From Callorhinchus milii (taxonomy: Eukaryota), in contig NW_024704743.1 of NCBI RefSeq assembly GCF_018977255.1, forward strand, positions 49,230,001-49,294,000: DNA of 64,000 nt. The letters run 5' to 3'. Below the pieces are notes generated by a model. The model was not told where the DNA came from. It did no database searches and saw only the letters and a program-made list of their open reading frames with translations. This document shows, piece by piece, positions 51,657-64,000 of the stretch. The position numbers and the translations under genes were made by a program. Within the stretch, counting starts at the first letter, position 1. Each line of letters starts with the position of its first letter.

Positions 51657-51827
51657 GTAAAATCGCTGGAGTTATTTAATGAGTGGGTCATGAAGCTACG
51701 TCATCACAGGCTTTACCGCCAGAATGAAATTGCCAAGTTTCCACACGAGGTTACTACTCACTTCTTTCCAGTCTCGCCTGTTACAGACTCTTCACCAAGT
51801 TCTTTGGAATCCCCTTCTCTCAGAAAG
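51657..51827 (+). CDS. OSBPL3: OSBPL3 exon 6 (end of PH domain)
   Basis: [69 protein letters not shown]; 171 nt, after an 86-nt intron. Confidence 0.95.
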
Positions 51828-53052
51828 GTAACCAGCTCCCTGAAATGTAACTGTGTGATGTGTGTGCATGTGCGCACGCATGCGCCCGCGTGTGTGAGAC
51901 AGCACTCTACACCACCTACAGAATTAGAACAGGGCTTTGTGTAATTCATCAATTTGTACATATTTCATACACCCTTGCATGTCTAAAAATAATAACGATT
52001 ACGTTTGACATATCATCCATAACTTCAGCTTCTCAAAAGGCTTCACAGATACTTGCTATCGCATGTAATATGATCCTGTAAAAGAGAATATAAACTGAGT
52101 TAGCTCAGATATCCTAGAGGATTAAGAAAAGTTGAGTGTTTGGCTGGATTTCACTTGTACCTAGTTCCCCAAGAACACTTTGAGATGTCCTTCCACTATG
52201 AAAGAGGTGCTATCAAATGAAGGTCTTATTATTTATTATTATTAATATTATTTGTTAATATGTATTCATTGTGGTACAAATAACAATACTTATATCTTAA
52301 GTGAGTAGAAAATTAGCTAAATAATGAGGCTCAAATGTCATGTTTTCTGGAAATGAACTGATGTATTTGGATGATTGGAACAGCAGCAAGAAATTTAATT
52401 AGTACCTATAAAAATATGTTTCCTTGTTACTGCTGTTCCAAATGTCCATGTCCAGTCCATCTTGCCTTAAATATTGAAAAAGAATATGAAATTGGGCTCA
52501 GTAAACTATAGTGAATACAGAGTAAAATTAAGCTGCTTCTCCTGGATATATTTAAACCAAAGATGAGTGAGGTAAAGTATTAATAGGGTACATCTTCCTA
52601 CAGATGATAATTTTTCAGTTAGAATGTAAAGCAATTCTTGGTTTGTAGGAGCAATTTAAGCTACTGTGCCTTCAAAAAATGTGGTGTGTAACAAGTCTTT
52701 CAAATCCTTCATTATTGGATCATAAAAGCATTTGAAGCAAAATGTTGCACTCCAATGCAGTTAAACCAAGACCTTCTGTAATGAACACTGCATTTTTGTA
52801 AACCTAGGATGATTGAGTATATTTTATATTACCTCCTATTATTGCCGTTCAACAGGTCTATCTGCCTTATCCATCATTTGTCATTATTTGTTTTGTTCTA
52901 TCCACGAGGAGCAGATAGCTGCCTCATTGTATCCTTTTATTTCTTAATACTATGGAGGTGGGGGGAGAGAAGTTTCAAGTGATTCTTTTATCACCTACAC
53001 CAAACCTGCTGATGGAGATAGTAACAGCTGGCTAAACAGAATGTTTTATTCA

Positions 53053-53505
53053 CCAACAACAACAACAAGATTCCATTTATTGAGCGCCTTTCACGTCGGG
53101 AGGACGTCCCAAGGCGCTGTACAGTTGGGTCAGGACCCGAGCAGTGGGGGAAATGGTCAGGGTGAGGGGAGGGAAGGGAGGGAGCGAGGAGGGGGTAGAG
53201 AGTCGAGAGGAGAGCTGAAGGCACAGTCAAAGAGAAAGGTCTTGAGACCGGCCTTGAAGGAGGAAAGGGAGGAGGCGGCGAAGGCACTGGGGTATAGAGT
53301 TCCAGAGCCTCGGGGCTGAGAGGCTGAAGGCCCGGCCACCGATAGTAGGGCGGTTGGGGCGGGGGATGTGGAGCAGACCGGAGCCAGAGGAACGGAGGGT
53401 ACTGGCGGGTAGGTAGGGGGAATGGTAGGTTGGAGAGGTAGGAGGGAGCGAGGCCGTGAATGGCCTTGTAGGTGAGGGTGAGGATCTTGAATTTGATCCT
53501 CTGGG
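53053..53505 (-). mobile_element. Young L2 3' fragment
   Basis: Reverse complement is nearly identical to about 3885-4336. Confidence 0.93.
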
Positions 53506-53548
53506 GCACCACAAGGGGCACAAGATATTTCTCTGGTTTGGTCTACAT

Positions 53549-53976
53549 ATAATAATAATAATCCTTGCATTTGATATAGCGCTTTTCACAAAGCGCTTCA
53601 CAGAATATACTGTAAGGTGAATTTGTGTAATGTTCATTACAGAAGGGTTTGGTTAACTATATTGGACTGCAACAGAGCATTTTGCTACAAATGCTTTTAT
53701 GATCCAATGATGAAGGATTTGAAACACTGGTTACAAACCACACTGTTAGTGAAGGCACCTGTATATTTGTGGACGAAACGCAGCAGCGAATTGCGCATAG
53801 CAGTGTCCCACAAACGGTCGGAGATTGAAGTGACCAATTTATTATTGTTTTTTTTCTTGAGTGATTATTATCAGGCGTGTGGAGTAAGGAAACTTGCCCA
53901 AGTTTGCCCTGCGGGAGTTGAACCCAGGTCTCTCGCTTGCAAGGCGAGTGCTATAACCACTGAGCTACAGGACTCC
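53549..53976 (-). mobile_element. tRNA-derived SINE (short form) split by about 130 bp of unrelated sequence
   Basis: Tail at 53549-53626; core and head at 53758-53976. Confidence 0.8.
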
Positions 53977-55867
53977 AGGTCTATTTTATGTCCTCTGAGT
54001 TGAGTGCAGTGGTTTTGTATTTGAAAACCAGGAATCTTGTATAAAATTCTAGTTGCTGTTGTGTTTCTACCCCTCCCCATTCTCATGTACAAGTCTAGGC
54101 TGTCTTCCTAAGTGCAGAATAGGCCACTTGTACAGTAATAATGTGGTACTTTCAAAAGGTAAAATCAAGCGTGCTTGAGTGGGGTGGGGGGGTGAAGGTG
54201 GCAAACAAAATATTTCTGAACCTACAAATGATTTTGTGTATGATATGAAAGTTCAATACAAGAGAGTAAATTGAGTGTGCTGCGAGAAAAGTAAATTATT
54301 TGTGTGTAAGGTTGTTGTTTGTGATATTCTTGTTGCCCCACCCTACTGAACTGAACCTTGCTAACTTCTCCAGCAGCTTTGTTAATTGTGTCGGGTCTGG
54401 ATTTGATGCCTGCCTCTGCTGTTTTACACAGCTATAATCAGCCCTGTCTGACTTTGCCTCATGACTTGCATGGAACTCCTTGCAGGATATTGAAATTGTA
54501 CAGTAGTAGTGATCTCCAGAGTTATCCAATTTCACTTCGTAAATGTAACATTTTTGTGACCTCCCCACCCCACAGCCCCCAATTCCTTTCAAAGAACCAC
54601 AATCCTTGTTTGAAGAATTCGTGACATGCCCTTAATAGCCATGAAGGTAATAGCAAAACTGAGTAGTAAGTGGGAGCTGCATCAATTCCCTTTCCAGGCA
54701 CACAGTACAGAACATACGGAGTTTATGAACTCATTCATGTGCAGCCCTTGCCACCACTTACAATATGGCTGATGTCTAAGAAATAAAATGCAGATAGAGT
54801 CAGCACCATTAAGTTCCTATTAAAGAAAGTCTTATTTAAAATTCTGACAAGTAATGGATACTTTTTACAAGGATGTTGGATGCTGCAGTGGGATAACATG
54901 CTATGCTTTCACTTAATGCTTTCAATCCATCCATGCCATGAAAGTCTCCTTTTTCTTCCAGCTCCAAGCTTGGACACTCAAATCCAGTTCTAATGCACAT
55001 GTTATCAACAGTGCACAGGCAATTATAACCATGCAGTCTTTATGACTAAAAGCCATCATACTGTACAAGTGCTTAAGGTGACCTTTGGGCAGAGTGAAGG
55101 GCCTTTTAATCTGTATCTAGCCCATGTTTTACCTGATAAAGGGGTGCTTATTGACACTGAATGCCAAAATGAATAAAACTAGTCAATTCTCAAACACTTG
55201 AGATTCTTCATTTCAGTGAACACAAAAATATAAATTTAACATTCAATGATTTTAAATCTTCCCGAGTTGGATCATAAAATATATTGCATGGATTGCCCAA
55301 TGCAGATCTGGGCTTTGATCTCTTAACTGTCCAGCTTGTAATGGCATTTAGTATCACATTGATATGAAGGTATGGGGGGGAAGGACAGAGAGCATAATTT
55401 GGAAGTAAGCATGTTTGTGAATAACAGTTTAGACTACAACAAGAAAGTTTGTCTTTCATTCAGACAACAGTTTATGCTTTGTGTGCACTTTGTACAGAAT
55501 AAATAATCCTTACATTTCATATAGCGCCTTTCATGTTGGGAGGACGTCTTGGAGATTCTAAATGTCATTACAAGCTGAACAGTTAGAGATCATTGGGATG
55601 ATGTCTAGGAGCTTCACAGGACGTGGTAAAGTGTAGCGACTGGATTTTGTAAGCAAAGGTCTGTAGAAGTGTAATTTAATTCTGGGCAGTAATTGCTTTG
55701 TAATATCTATCTGTTCCTAAGCAGTGAAATGAAACTCAGTCATGACTTAGTTCAATTCTGATGATTTGGTGATTGAAATCTGCTGTATGTAGCCATCCAC
55801 AGTGGAGGAACGTCAACTCCTCTTAGATCCAAAGATTGAACAGTCTATAATGCACTTGATTCCTTAT

Positions 55868-56238
55868 GTCCTGTAGCTCAGTGGTTAGAGCATTCGCCTC
55901 GCAAACCAGATCTGAGTTTGATTCCCGGCAGGCCGAAATGTTGGACAAGTTTCCTTACTCCACACTCCTCTGTTTACCTGGCACAAAGTAGGAACCCGGT
56001 TGTCAGTCGATTGGTGGATCGCTTTTCTGGGAGTAATAATTCCTTAAAAAAAATAATAAATTGGTCATTTCAATCCATAACTGTTTGTGGGACAATGCTG
56101 TGTGCAATTGGCTGCTGCGTTTCGCCCACAAAAATATACAGTCAATTCACTTAACAGTATATTCTGTGTAAGCGCTTTGAGACATCTCAAACACGTGGTA
56201 AGGTGCTATGTCAAATGCAAGGATTATTAATATTATTG
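55868..56238 (+). mobile_element. tRNA-derived SINE (long form)
   Basis: GTCCTGTAGCTCAGTGGTTAGAGC head through to the TTA-rich tail. Confidence 0.9.
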
Positions 56239-56496
56239 TGTTACTGCTGTGTAGTGCTCCTGATTTGATTAAGGTGTCTATTGTGTGCCATGTATAAATC
56301 ATGTGGAACACGCCTGTGCTATGAGATGTATGGATGTATGTATGACATGTTACACGTGTAACAGGTGCCCGAGTTAACCAATGATTTATAATTAACAACC
56401 AGTCCCTTCTGGCGCTTAACTACATAATTAAGCATACCTGTAATTCCCTCCATACACGTTTGCACTTGGCACATAATATAGCTGTTGCATATGACA

Positions 56497-56802
56497 CATA
56501 ATAATAATAATCCTTGCACTTGGAAAAGCACCTCATCACCTCGAGCGACCAATTTTGTTTTGGGGGATTGTTGGCCAGGACACCGGGACAAACTCCCTTC
56601 TCATTTTGAATAGTGCCATGGGATCTTTAACATTCACCTGAACAGGCAGACAGGACCTTGGTTTAGTGCCTCATCCAAAGGATGGCACCTCCGACATAAC
56701 CCCAGCACTGCATTGCAGTGTCATCTTATGCTTTATGAATTCAAGGGATTTAATCCATAACCTATGACTCAGAGGCAAGAATACAACCACTGAGCCAAGC
56801 TA
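56497..56802 (-). mobile_element. Deu-domain SINE, internally deleted
   Basis: + strand AATAGTGCCATGGGATCTTTAACATTCACCTGAACAGGCAGAC is the reverse of the central domain of 62222-62612. Confidence 0.75.
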
Positions 56803-58307
56803 ACATAATACAGCTGTTTAAACACTGTTCAGACATGACACGCAACATCATTTTTTGGCCTATAGATATATACACATATACACACACATATGAAATGTGT
56901 GTCTCAAAAATTTATGTTTTTTTAAAATCATTTCTACTTCTGAAATATTACAGTTCAATGACTCAAACTTTTTTTGGATGCCCAATATTAAAAAAATTGA
57001 AGTATTTAAAGCAGTTGAATGAAAATTACATGTCAAATATTTGCTTACGCTCATGAAAAATGTGTGGCCTCAAGCATTACCTGACATTTTACATTACAAG
57101 ATGTCAGTGCAATTTGTTATCTGACGTCGTCCTCAATTTGAACATTCCGAGGACTTCCTTCCAGTGGGACTGAGCACAAAATCTTCATCTAAAACAATTC
57201 AGTAATCACGAAACCTAGTATCCTCCTGTCTTCTTTTAGCCCCTCCTCAATCCCTACTGAATGATTGTCAAACTCACGGACTATCTATAAAGGATAAAGT
57301 AAATCTTGCAATACCAAATAATAATAATCCTGCATTTGGTGCTGCATCTTATGTTGAAACTTTTCAAAGCACTTCACTGAGGTTTCTATAAAGTGTAATG
57401 ACTCTAAATGTATAGGCATAAGTCTATATACTTATACTAGTGGAGGCTTCAGGTAGTTGGTCTAATGAAACATCAGTGTTTTATAGATTACAAGCTGATT
57501 ATCAGCAAGTTCTGTTCAAGACAGTGATTTCCTCTCTTCTGAAGAACTGGGTCAGATTCTCATCTGTCCACGGAATTGGGTAGCAATTAAGCACCAGCTT
57601 TGTTTGGCAGTCATTTGACCCTATTAACGAAAGTCCCGAGCCACCTTCAATAGCTTAAAATAAATCAGAAGAAATGCACTGATAAATGGAACTGACTTTA
57701 CTTATGGGTCAATATGTAGGCTGGAGTGTCGCAAGGCAGAGGATTGTAGGTAACAAACTACATCATATGATAGATTCAGTTCATGTTCATGAGGTTACTT
57801 TCATTCCACTTATGTTCCTATCACAACAATTCAAATTATGAATTATTTCCCAGGTGCTAATAACTGCTCAATGCCTGTACTAATAAAGGGGAAGTTAAAG
57901 CTGAAATAGGAGTAGTAATGATAATAATCTTTGCGTTTGATCTAGTGCTTGTAACACCAAAACATCCCAAACTGCTTCATAGATTTTTGCTGTCAAGTAT
58001 AGTGGCGTCTACTTTTGGGCCAAAGAAGCAAACAATTTGTCCACAGCACATATAAAAAGCCATAATATCTCAATAATATTCAGAAGAAGAGATTAGCTCT
58101 TCCTTGGTGTCTGGGGAACAATCTTTCTGATTAATGGTCGCTCAACTCAAGACTGTTTGTAAGATATTGCTGGCAATAAATGGCTGCTGTATTTGCCAAG
58201 AAAAACAGAAACTTCACAGTAATTATCTGATATTTTGATGTGGTAAAGCTGCAATTATAATTAATTCTTCTTATTAGTTTTAATTGAATTTTGATTTGTG
58301 TTCTTAG

Positions 58308-58440
58308 TTGCAGAGAAACAGCCTATCCAAACAAATGTCTCTCCAAGGTGCCCCCAGCTTTCCTCTTACCTACTCCAACAGTCAGTTCAAGGTGGCAGCT
58401 TGGTTACAAAGTTCAGAAGATATAGACAAATGTTCAAAAG
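58308..58440 (+). CDS. OSBPL3: OSBPL3 exon 7 (alternative start 58314)
   Basis: (LQ)RNSLSKQMSLQGAPSFPLTYSNSQFKVAAWLQSSEDIDKCSK; WLQSSED..KCSK matches ORP3. Donor AAG|GTGAGT, phase 1. Confidence 0.92.
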
Positions 58441-58500
58441 GTGAGTTTTCTTAACTAATTGCTATAGCTTGTGAATTACTGTATTTACGCAAAAATAAAC

Positions 58501-59310
58501 AATCAGTGCCCTTGATCTTCCCCCATTATCCGAAACCGGAAGGTTGTGGGTCATATACAACATCTGATTCCGCTTGGAATTCAGGGCGATCCATCATAAA
58601 ATATTTGTACTGATACATAAAGATAATATTCTTCATTAAACATAATTGCACATCTCTTGGGTTTGCCACTGGTGCTGCATTCTGGGAATCAGTTAAATGA
58701 GCTTTTAACTGTTCGAGTTCTGGATCCAATTCTTGTAAGACTTCTAAGCTTAGAGTTTTAGGAATGTTTGACCGAGTTACAATTGCTATAGGAGCCGTGG
58801 AACTCAACGGGGGTAGTTGACAATTTGTTTCCTCCCCGATCCTGATTCATGCAAGGGAATTGGCCAGGTTCCCTGCCTGGCCTGTATCTGGTTGGTCTGT
58901 ATCTGGAACTTTAGAATAACACTGAGTCTGTGCAATGACTAACTGTGTCGTTAATCGGGTTAAATTTTACTGTAGCCAGCTGTATCACATGAAATAACAT
59001 TTGCAAAACCTGGAAATAATAATAATAATCCTTGTATTCAATATAGCGCCTTATCACACCTTCTGGACGCCTTAAAGTGCTTCACAGAATATACTGTAAA
59101 GTGAGTTGACTGTATATTTTTGTGGGCGAAAAGCGTCAGCCAATTACGCACAACAGTGTCCCACAAACAGTCGTGGATTGAGTGACCAAATTAATATAAG
59201 TTTTTGAATTTTCGGTCCACATTAAACCAGGGTATAATCCACGTAGGAGAGAACGAAGGGGCAAAGAGTCCAGAAATTTTGGAGTGACCCTTAATTTTCT
59301 TAATACATGC
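58501..59310 (-). pseudogene. Decayed LTR-retroelement / retrovirus-like pol fragments, interrupted by SINE pieces
   Basis: Minus-strand IKKIKGHSKISG (59304-59269), IAIVTRS...LQELDPEL (58807-58700) and, after a frameshift, WIALNSKRNQMLYMTHNLPVSDNGGRSRAL (58593-58504). Confidence 0.5.
59015..59200 (-). mobile_element. SINE 3' half
   Basis: Tail and Deu-like core as in the other copies. Confidence 0.85.
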
Positions 59311-59537
59311 CGAGAAAAAATTATGAATAATTGAAATACCTGTATATGTAAAAATGGAGACAAAATCTTAAATATGAAAAATAGAAAGAGTATAGTAAGC
59401 TCTATGGATTACTACACATCCAAGACATTTTGATGAGTTGAGTGCAACGGCTTACGTTTTCATATATTGCTTTTCAAAATAATTTAAATTCTGAATGCAG
59501 CAGCAACTTGCATTTATATAATGTCCTTATAAAGCAC

Positions 59538-60318
59538 GCTGACAGCATCACCATCCAATGATGCACACTCCACCTTACTAAATCATTCCAGAACCTTGGC
59601 GTCTTGTTTGACCCTCAACTATCCTTTCTACCCCACATCCGTGCCATGACCCGCTCTGCCTTCCCCCACCTCCGCAACGTCATCTGGCTCTGCCACTGTC
59701 TTCACACCGCAGGCCGCCGAAACCATCGTACACGCATTCATAACATCGAGGCCTAACTATGCAAATTCCCTGCTTGTCGGCCTCCCCAACTCCTCCCTCC
59801 ATAGGCTGCAGATCATCCAGAACTCTGCAGTTTGTATCCTCTCCTGCACCAGGCTCCGTGACCCTATCAATCCCATCCTCACCCAACTCCACTGACTTCC
59901 CATCACACAGAAGATACAGTTCAAAACCCTGATCCTCACCTTCAAAGCTCTCCATGTTCTTGCTGCCCCTTACCTCTGTGACCTCCTAACCTCCTATTAA
60001 CCTGCCGCTCCCTACACTCAGAGGGCTCCAGCCTGCTTCACGTCCCCCGCCTCACCCGCCCCACCATTGGCGGACGGGCCTTTGGCCACTCTGCCCCCAC
60101 CCTCTGGAACTCTATCCCGTAATCCTTCCGCCTCACCCCCTCCCTAGCTTCCTTCAAGACCCATCTCAAGACCCTCCCCTTCGACCATGCTTTCGATCAC
60201 CCTGCTTACCCCCTTACCCTCCACCCTCCCCAATCTCGACCCACAGCGCGGGTCCAACACACTGAGTGTCCAGCATCTTGGGACATCCTCCCCACGTGAA
60301 AGCGCTATACAAATGGAA
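59538..60318 (+). mobile_element. L2 3' fragment
   Basis: Colinear with 8270-9030 ([19 protein letters not shown]2 3' end). Confidence 0.9.
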
Positions 60319-60596
60319 TGTGGAAAACCCCTCTCATCGGTAGTGTCCTGGAGCACTTAACAGCAGCGTGGCTTGACGCCAAGCTGGAAAGAAGGTGGGA
60401 GTTCGCCAAAGGCAGTCAAAGTGGAAAGTCTTCCAGTGTGATTTGAAGATGGGCAGGAGTGTTTGAAGCAAGAAGTTCCAGAGATTTGGAGCATAATGAC
60501 TCAATATAATTTTTTATGGAACCATAAAGAGATTTTGGGGAAAGAAAAACAAAGTTGATTTTGCAAAATAAACACAAATCTTCTTTATTTGTTTAG

Positions 60597-60700
60597 AACT
60601 CTCTCAGTGTCAATCAAGTTTAACAGAGCTGGCACAGCTCATAGAACACATGGAGGTAATACACAGGACATATTCTGCACCAGCTATAAATGCTATTCAG
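60597..60700 (+). CDS. OSBPL3: OSBPL3 exon 8
   Basis: GTTTAG|(E)LSQCQSSLTELAQLIEHMEVIHRTYSAPAINAIQ|GTATGT. HRTYSAPAINAIQ matches ORP3, and the phase fits exon 7. Confidence 0.95.
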
Positions 60701-60875
60701 GTATGTTGTTCAGATTAGATTTTTTATGTTATATAAACTGAAGCAAAAATAACAGCAATTGTGCCGTTGATTTACATATTTTAAAGTGCAGTCATCAATA
60801 TAGTAAAACTAAAATTATCGTACAATTTTGAAAGAATTGCTTTTCAATTAAATCATTTTTTTCCTTTTCTGAAAG

Positions 60876-60968
60876 GGGTACGTCTTTGAAAGTCCAAAAA
60901 AGGAAAAACGTGTTCAGAGAAGGTGGCTCTCTAAAAGTTTTGGCAAAGATGCTAAAACAACACTACAG
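60876..60968 (+). CDS. OSBPL3: OSBPL3 exon 9 (93-nt symmetric exon)
   Basis: GAAAG|GYVFESPKKEKRVQRRWLSKSFGKDAKTTLQ|GTAATT, matching ORP3 FESPKKEKR..RRW....GKDAK.TLQ. Confidence 0.92.
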
Positions 60969-62221
60969 GTAATTACCTTGAAATCAAAGGCGTTTTCTCT
61001 CAATAGCCAAGTAGGTAAGACACTACCTGGTGCAATACAAGGCCATTCAGACTAGAAAGTTGCATGCTTGAATCCTGGACAATGCTGTGTTAACTGATCA
61101 GAGCCAGGACAGTAGTTGGGATGCTACAGTTGGCCTCAGTAACCCTGGTTTAGGGTGCGTGGATTCTTGTTACTCTGATCATTGTACAGACACCTGCTGG
61201 AAGATGCTCTTGTGTGAATGTCAGTTAAGGACAGGATCGAGTTCCACTGTGATACCTCTGCAGTCCAATAGCCTATTAACGCTGTCATATTTGAATATGA
61301 AGAAGGATCACTTGGAAAAGCTCCTGGAGGCTTCCTGTGAGGGCGTACCCAAGCAGAAAGAAAAAAGGAGATGAATACATTCAGGAGAAAGAAGGAAAAT
61401 TGGTGGAGAAATATTAAAAGAACAAAGGAGCTGTACTTGCTGTAATTCTAGAAATAACGCCAATCACGTTACAGGTTGCCAACGTTCGAATGTGCATGTT
61501 GTGCGCGGGTTCACTTAAACGAGTGCAGGTTATAAGGGATGGTTCACTGGTCTCTGGTGCGGACTGCCTGACTTTCCACAGTAAAAAATGGTCAGTTGTC
61601 AGGTCACCACTGACGTCACCTCCTGTGTGCTGTACATGCTCAGGAAGCAGCTCTAACATCGCTTTCGAAAAGGACGTGATGTCAGCAGTTAACTGGCAAT
61701 GCATTCGCCCGCAAAATACACAGTCACTGCACTTTACAGTATATGCTGTGAAGTGCTTTAAGACAACCTCCTGACCTGAAAGGCGCTATAAGAAATGCAA
61801 TTTGTTAATCTTAACTCGGAAGTTGGCCATTTTTTATAATGGGGCCTCTGGTAATGGATCAAGATGTTATGAAAGGGTTTCCCTGTGTTATGAATGGATA
61901 TTAAAGCTTTTAAAAGACCTTATATCAGTCAGGAAAGCATAAGGCATGACTAGTTATCAATCTGTTCGGCTTGTTTTTTTAAATGCATCCCTGCTCCATT
62001 GCTAATTATTTTCCCTTCATGTGGCCATTGTCTTTCAGACTGTCCTCTGACAGTACTACTTAGGACCTTGTGTGTTCTGTTACAGCTGCTGGTCCCCATA
62101 ATCAGTTTAACAGTGGATCACCAGATGTCTGCCTGGCTGGTTAGCTGCGATTTAAATAATTTATTGACTTTGTTTCATTAATGCTTGAGACAAATGCTCT
62201 CTAGATTCATTGATTTACAGC

Positions 62222-62612
62222 CGTGTGTCAGCCTGGCTCAGAGGCGGCACTCTCACCTCTGAGTCAGAAGGTTGTGGGTTCAAACCCCACGTCGGGACTT
62301 GGAATCACTTCGTCGAAGCTGACACTCCAGTGCAGCACTGGGGCGGTGTTGCATTGTTGGAGGTGCCGTCCTTCAGATGAGATGTTAAAACGGAGGTCCT
62401 GCCTGCTTGTTCAGGTGGATGTTAAAGATCCTATGGCATTATTTAAAAACAGAAGGGAGTTTCATCCAGGGTCCTGGCCAACAAATCCCTTAAATAAAAT
62501 TGGTCACTCACTCCATGGCTTGTTTGTGGGACATTGCTGTGCAGAAGCTGGCTGCCATCCCAACATCTCAACAACTTGATAAGGCGCTATATCAAATGCA
62601 ATGATTATTATA
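62222..62612 (+). mobile_element. Deu-domain SINE with tRNA-like head
   Basis: Head with B box GGTTCAAACCC, central GGTGCCGTCCTTCAGATGAGATGTTAAA...AAAGATCCTATGGCA, core and tail. Confidence 0.8.
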
Positions 62613-62761
62613 ATTGCAAATAATAATTGTGAATGGGCATTTTTCACTCATTGAAACACTTCTATTCATTAGGCATAGCTAAAAACATTGTTTCATACCT
62701 AATTTTTGCCTTAAAGTCAAAGAATATTAATTAAGAGGTAATGATTTGTTCTCTTGTTTAG

Positions 62762-62918
62762 GTCCCTTCAATCTCTGCAAATTCGATGCGATTGCATGCC
62801 TCAAACCCTAACCTGTCTGAAATGTTTCTTGGAGAAACAAAACATTTTTCAGATGTTTCTGATCTACCTTCAAACTACTCCAAGCTCCAAGAAGAGTTCT
62901 GCCACATTGCACAAGAAG
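62762..62918 (+). CDS. OSBPL3: OSBPL3 exon 10; gene continues beyond the window
   Basis: TTTAG|VPSISANSMRLHASNPNLSEMFLGETKHFSDVSDLPSNYSKLQEEFCHIAQE, donor G|GTAACT; RLH.SNPNL motif. Confidence 0.93.
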
Positions 62919-64000
62919 GTAACTGCTGTCATCGCTTTCAGCAAAACCTAAAAATATCTTTTTTTCTCACAAGTTATAGCTTTAAACAAAAGGATTGTGC
63001 ACATTGGCTGAGCACTTTCAGCTCTAATTTCTCCTACGTTTTGTCCTCAAATAAAAGATCAGTCTACATTTCGGATGACTTTGTATCCAAAATGAGCAAA
63101 TATTTCAGTAAAACTTATGATGGAATTTGATATGATGCTTGATGCAGACAAACCAGAAAGCAGGTATTGTCAGATTAGAACCATGGCTTGAAATTTATTT
63201 TGAATAGTTAATATTTAAAATTTTTAGGAGTAAACACCTAATGATCATAGAGTATCATTCATCTCCTTCAATTGGTGGGGGGTGTGGGGGCAGCGTTGGG
63301 CGAGTGGTGGGTGGTCTATAGAAAGAGAGAAAATATTTGATTAAGGTTCAAAAGGATTGCTTGGATTGATTGACCAGTTGAATCTCATTTGATTTTGGAT
63401 GAACATACAAAATCACATGTTGAAATGTGATGAGGTGTCAAGACGTCAACATTCTTCAGGGTAAACTGTTCACTGCTGCTGTTGAGACAGACAGTTATTC
63501 ACTTGCAGATGACCAGAAAAATAAGATGGCAAGTGAAGGACAGACAACAATCAATTGGTCATAAGACAACCATTAGTGTATTGTGCTGAAGATTGATCTA
63601 CCTATCCTCATTTCTCAATAGGCAGAATAGGCGGTCATCCTTTTGTAAAAGCATATAGGCATAGAATTTCTCTAATTACAGATTGTTTTGGGATGACATT
63701 TATATTGTGACATCCCAAACCTTTAATACCTTATCTGTATGTTTGTATGCATCAGATATGAGTTAATAGTACACAAAGCAAAGGAATTTACTGGGGTAGA
63801 AATCATTAAAAGATTAATCAAAAAACACTAATGGGCTGATATAAATTATACTACTCTTGAGGTAAATCCTGTTTTGTCTGACATGTGCAGACTGCCACCA
63901 CCATGCTTAAGAATATCCAAACCAGATAGATATTCCACATATGCTAACTACACATGGAAATTCCTGTTTCTGGAATGGAATGTACACATTCATCCTGAAA

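Noticed and set aside
51298..51660. Single-exon ORFs that overlap OSBPL3 exons (also 48166-48399, 51690-51944, 62786-63130)
   Set aside because: ORP3 similarity stops exactly at GT-AG sites; the extensions are intronic read-through.
61471..61702. Possible MITE with CAGGTTGCCAAC...CTGGCAAT ends and a TGACGTCA site
   Set aside because: The terminal match is too short and no TSD could be identified.
42782..62918. Assignment to paralogues OSBPL6 or OSBPL7
   Set aside because: The PH motif is shared, but the short N-terminus, DSWE.VEGLRG, HRTYSAPAINAIQ and FESPKKEKR match ORP3 as I recall it. A reciprocal BLASTP would settle it.

Overview
This is vertebrate nuclear DNA, most likely from a cartilaginous fish (inferred from the L2, CR1 and Deu-domain SINE content; not provable from this window). 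It holds the 5' half of one spliced gene on the + strand, OSBPL3 (ORP3). A CpG-rich promoter and non-coding exon 1 (about 9.6-10.17 kb) are followed by a ~32.4-kb intron 1, then nine GT-AG coding exons (42782-62918) that join in frame and encode the N-terminus, PH domain and following region. The gene runs off the right end. The rest is intronic or intergenic and dense in L2 LINE fragments, tRNA-headed SINEs with L2-like tails, CR1 fragments, microsatellites and G-tracts. I see no prokaryotic system, CRISPR array, rRNA or true tRNA gene, and I cannot demonstrate a new biological system. The best leads are: a clean 1,124-bp solo-LTR-like insertion with a 4-bp TSD and an internal 39-bp array; a decayed retrovirus-like pol relic (RNase H and integrase motifs); a perfect 27-bp hairpin inside an L2; five upstream ATGs in exon 2, one uORF stopping on the main start; a MITE-like element carrying GC/CCAAT repeats next to the promoter; a five-site forkhead-motif array; and an unclassified four-copy repeat family. 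Homology calls come from my recall of these families, not from searches, and repeat boundaries are approximate unless stated.
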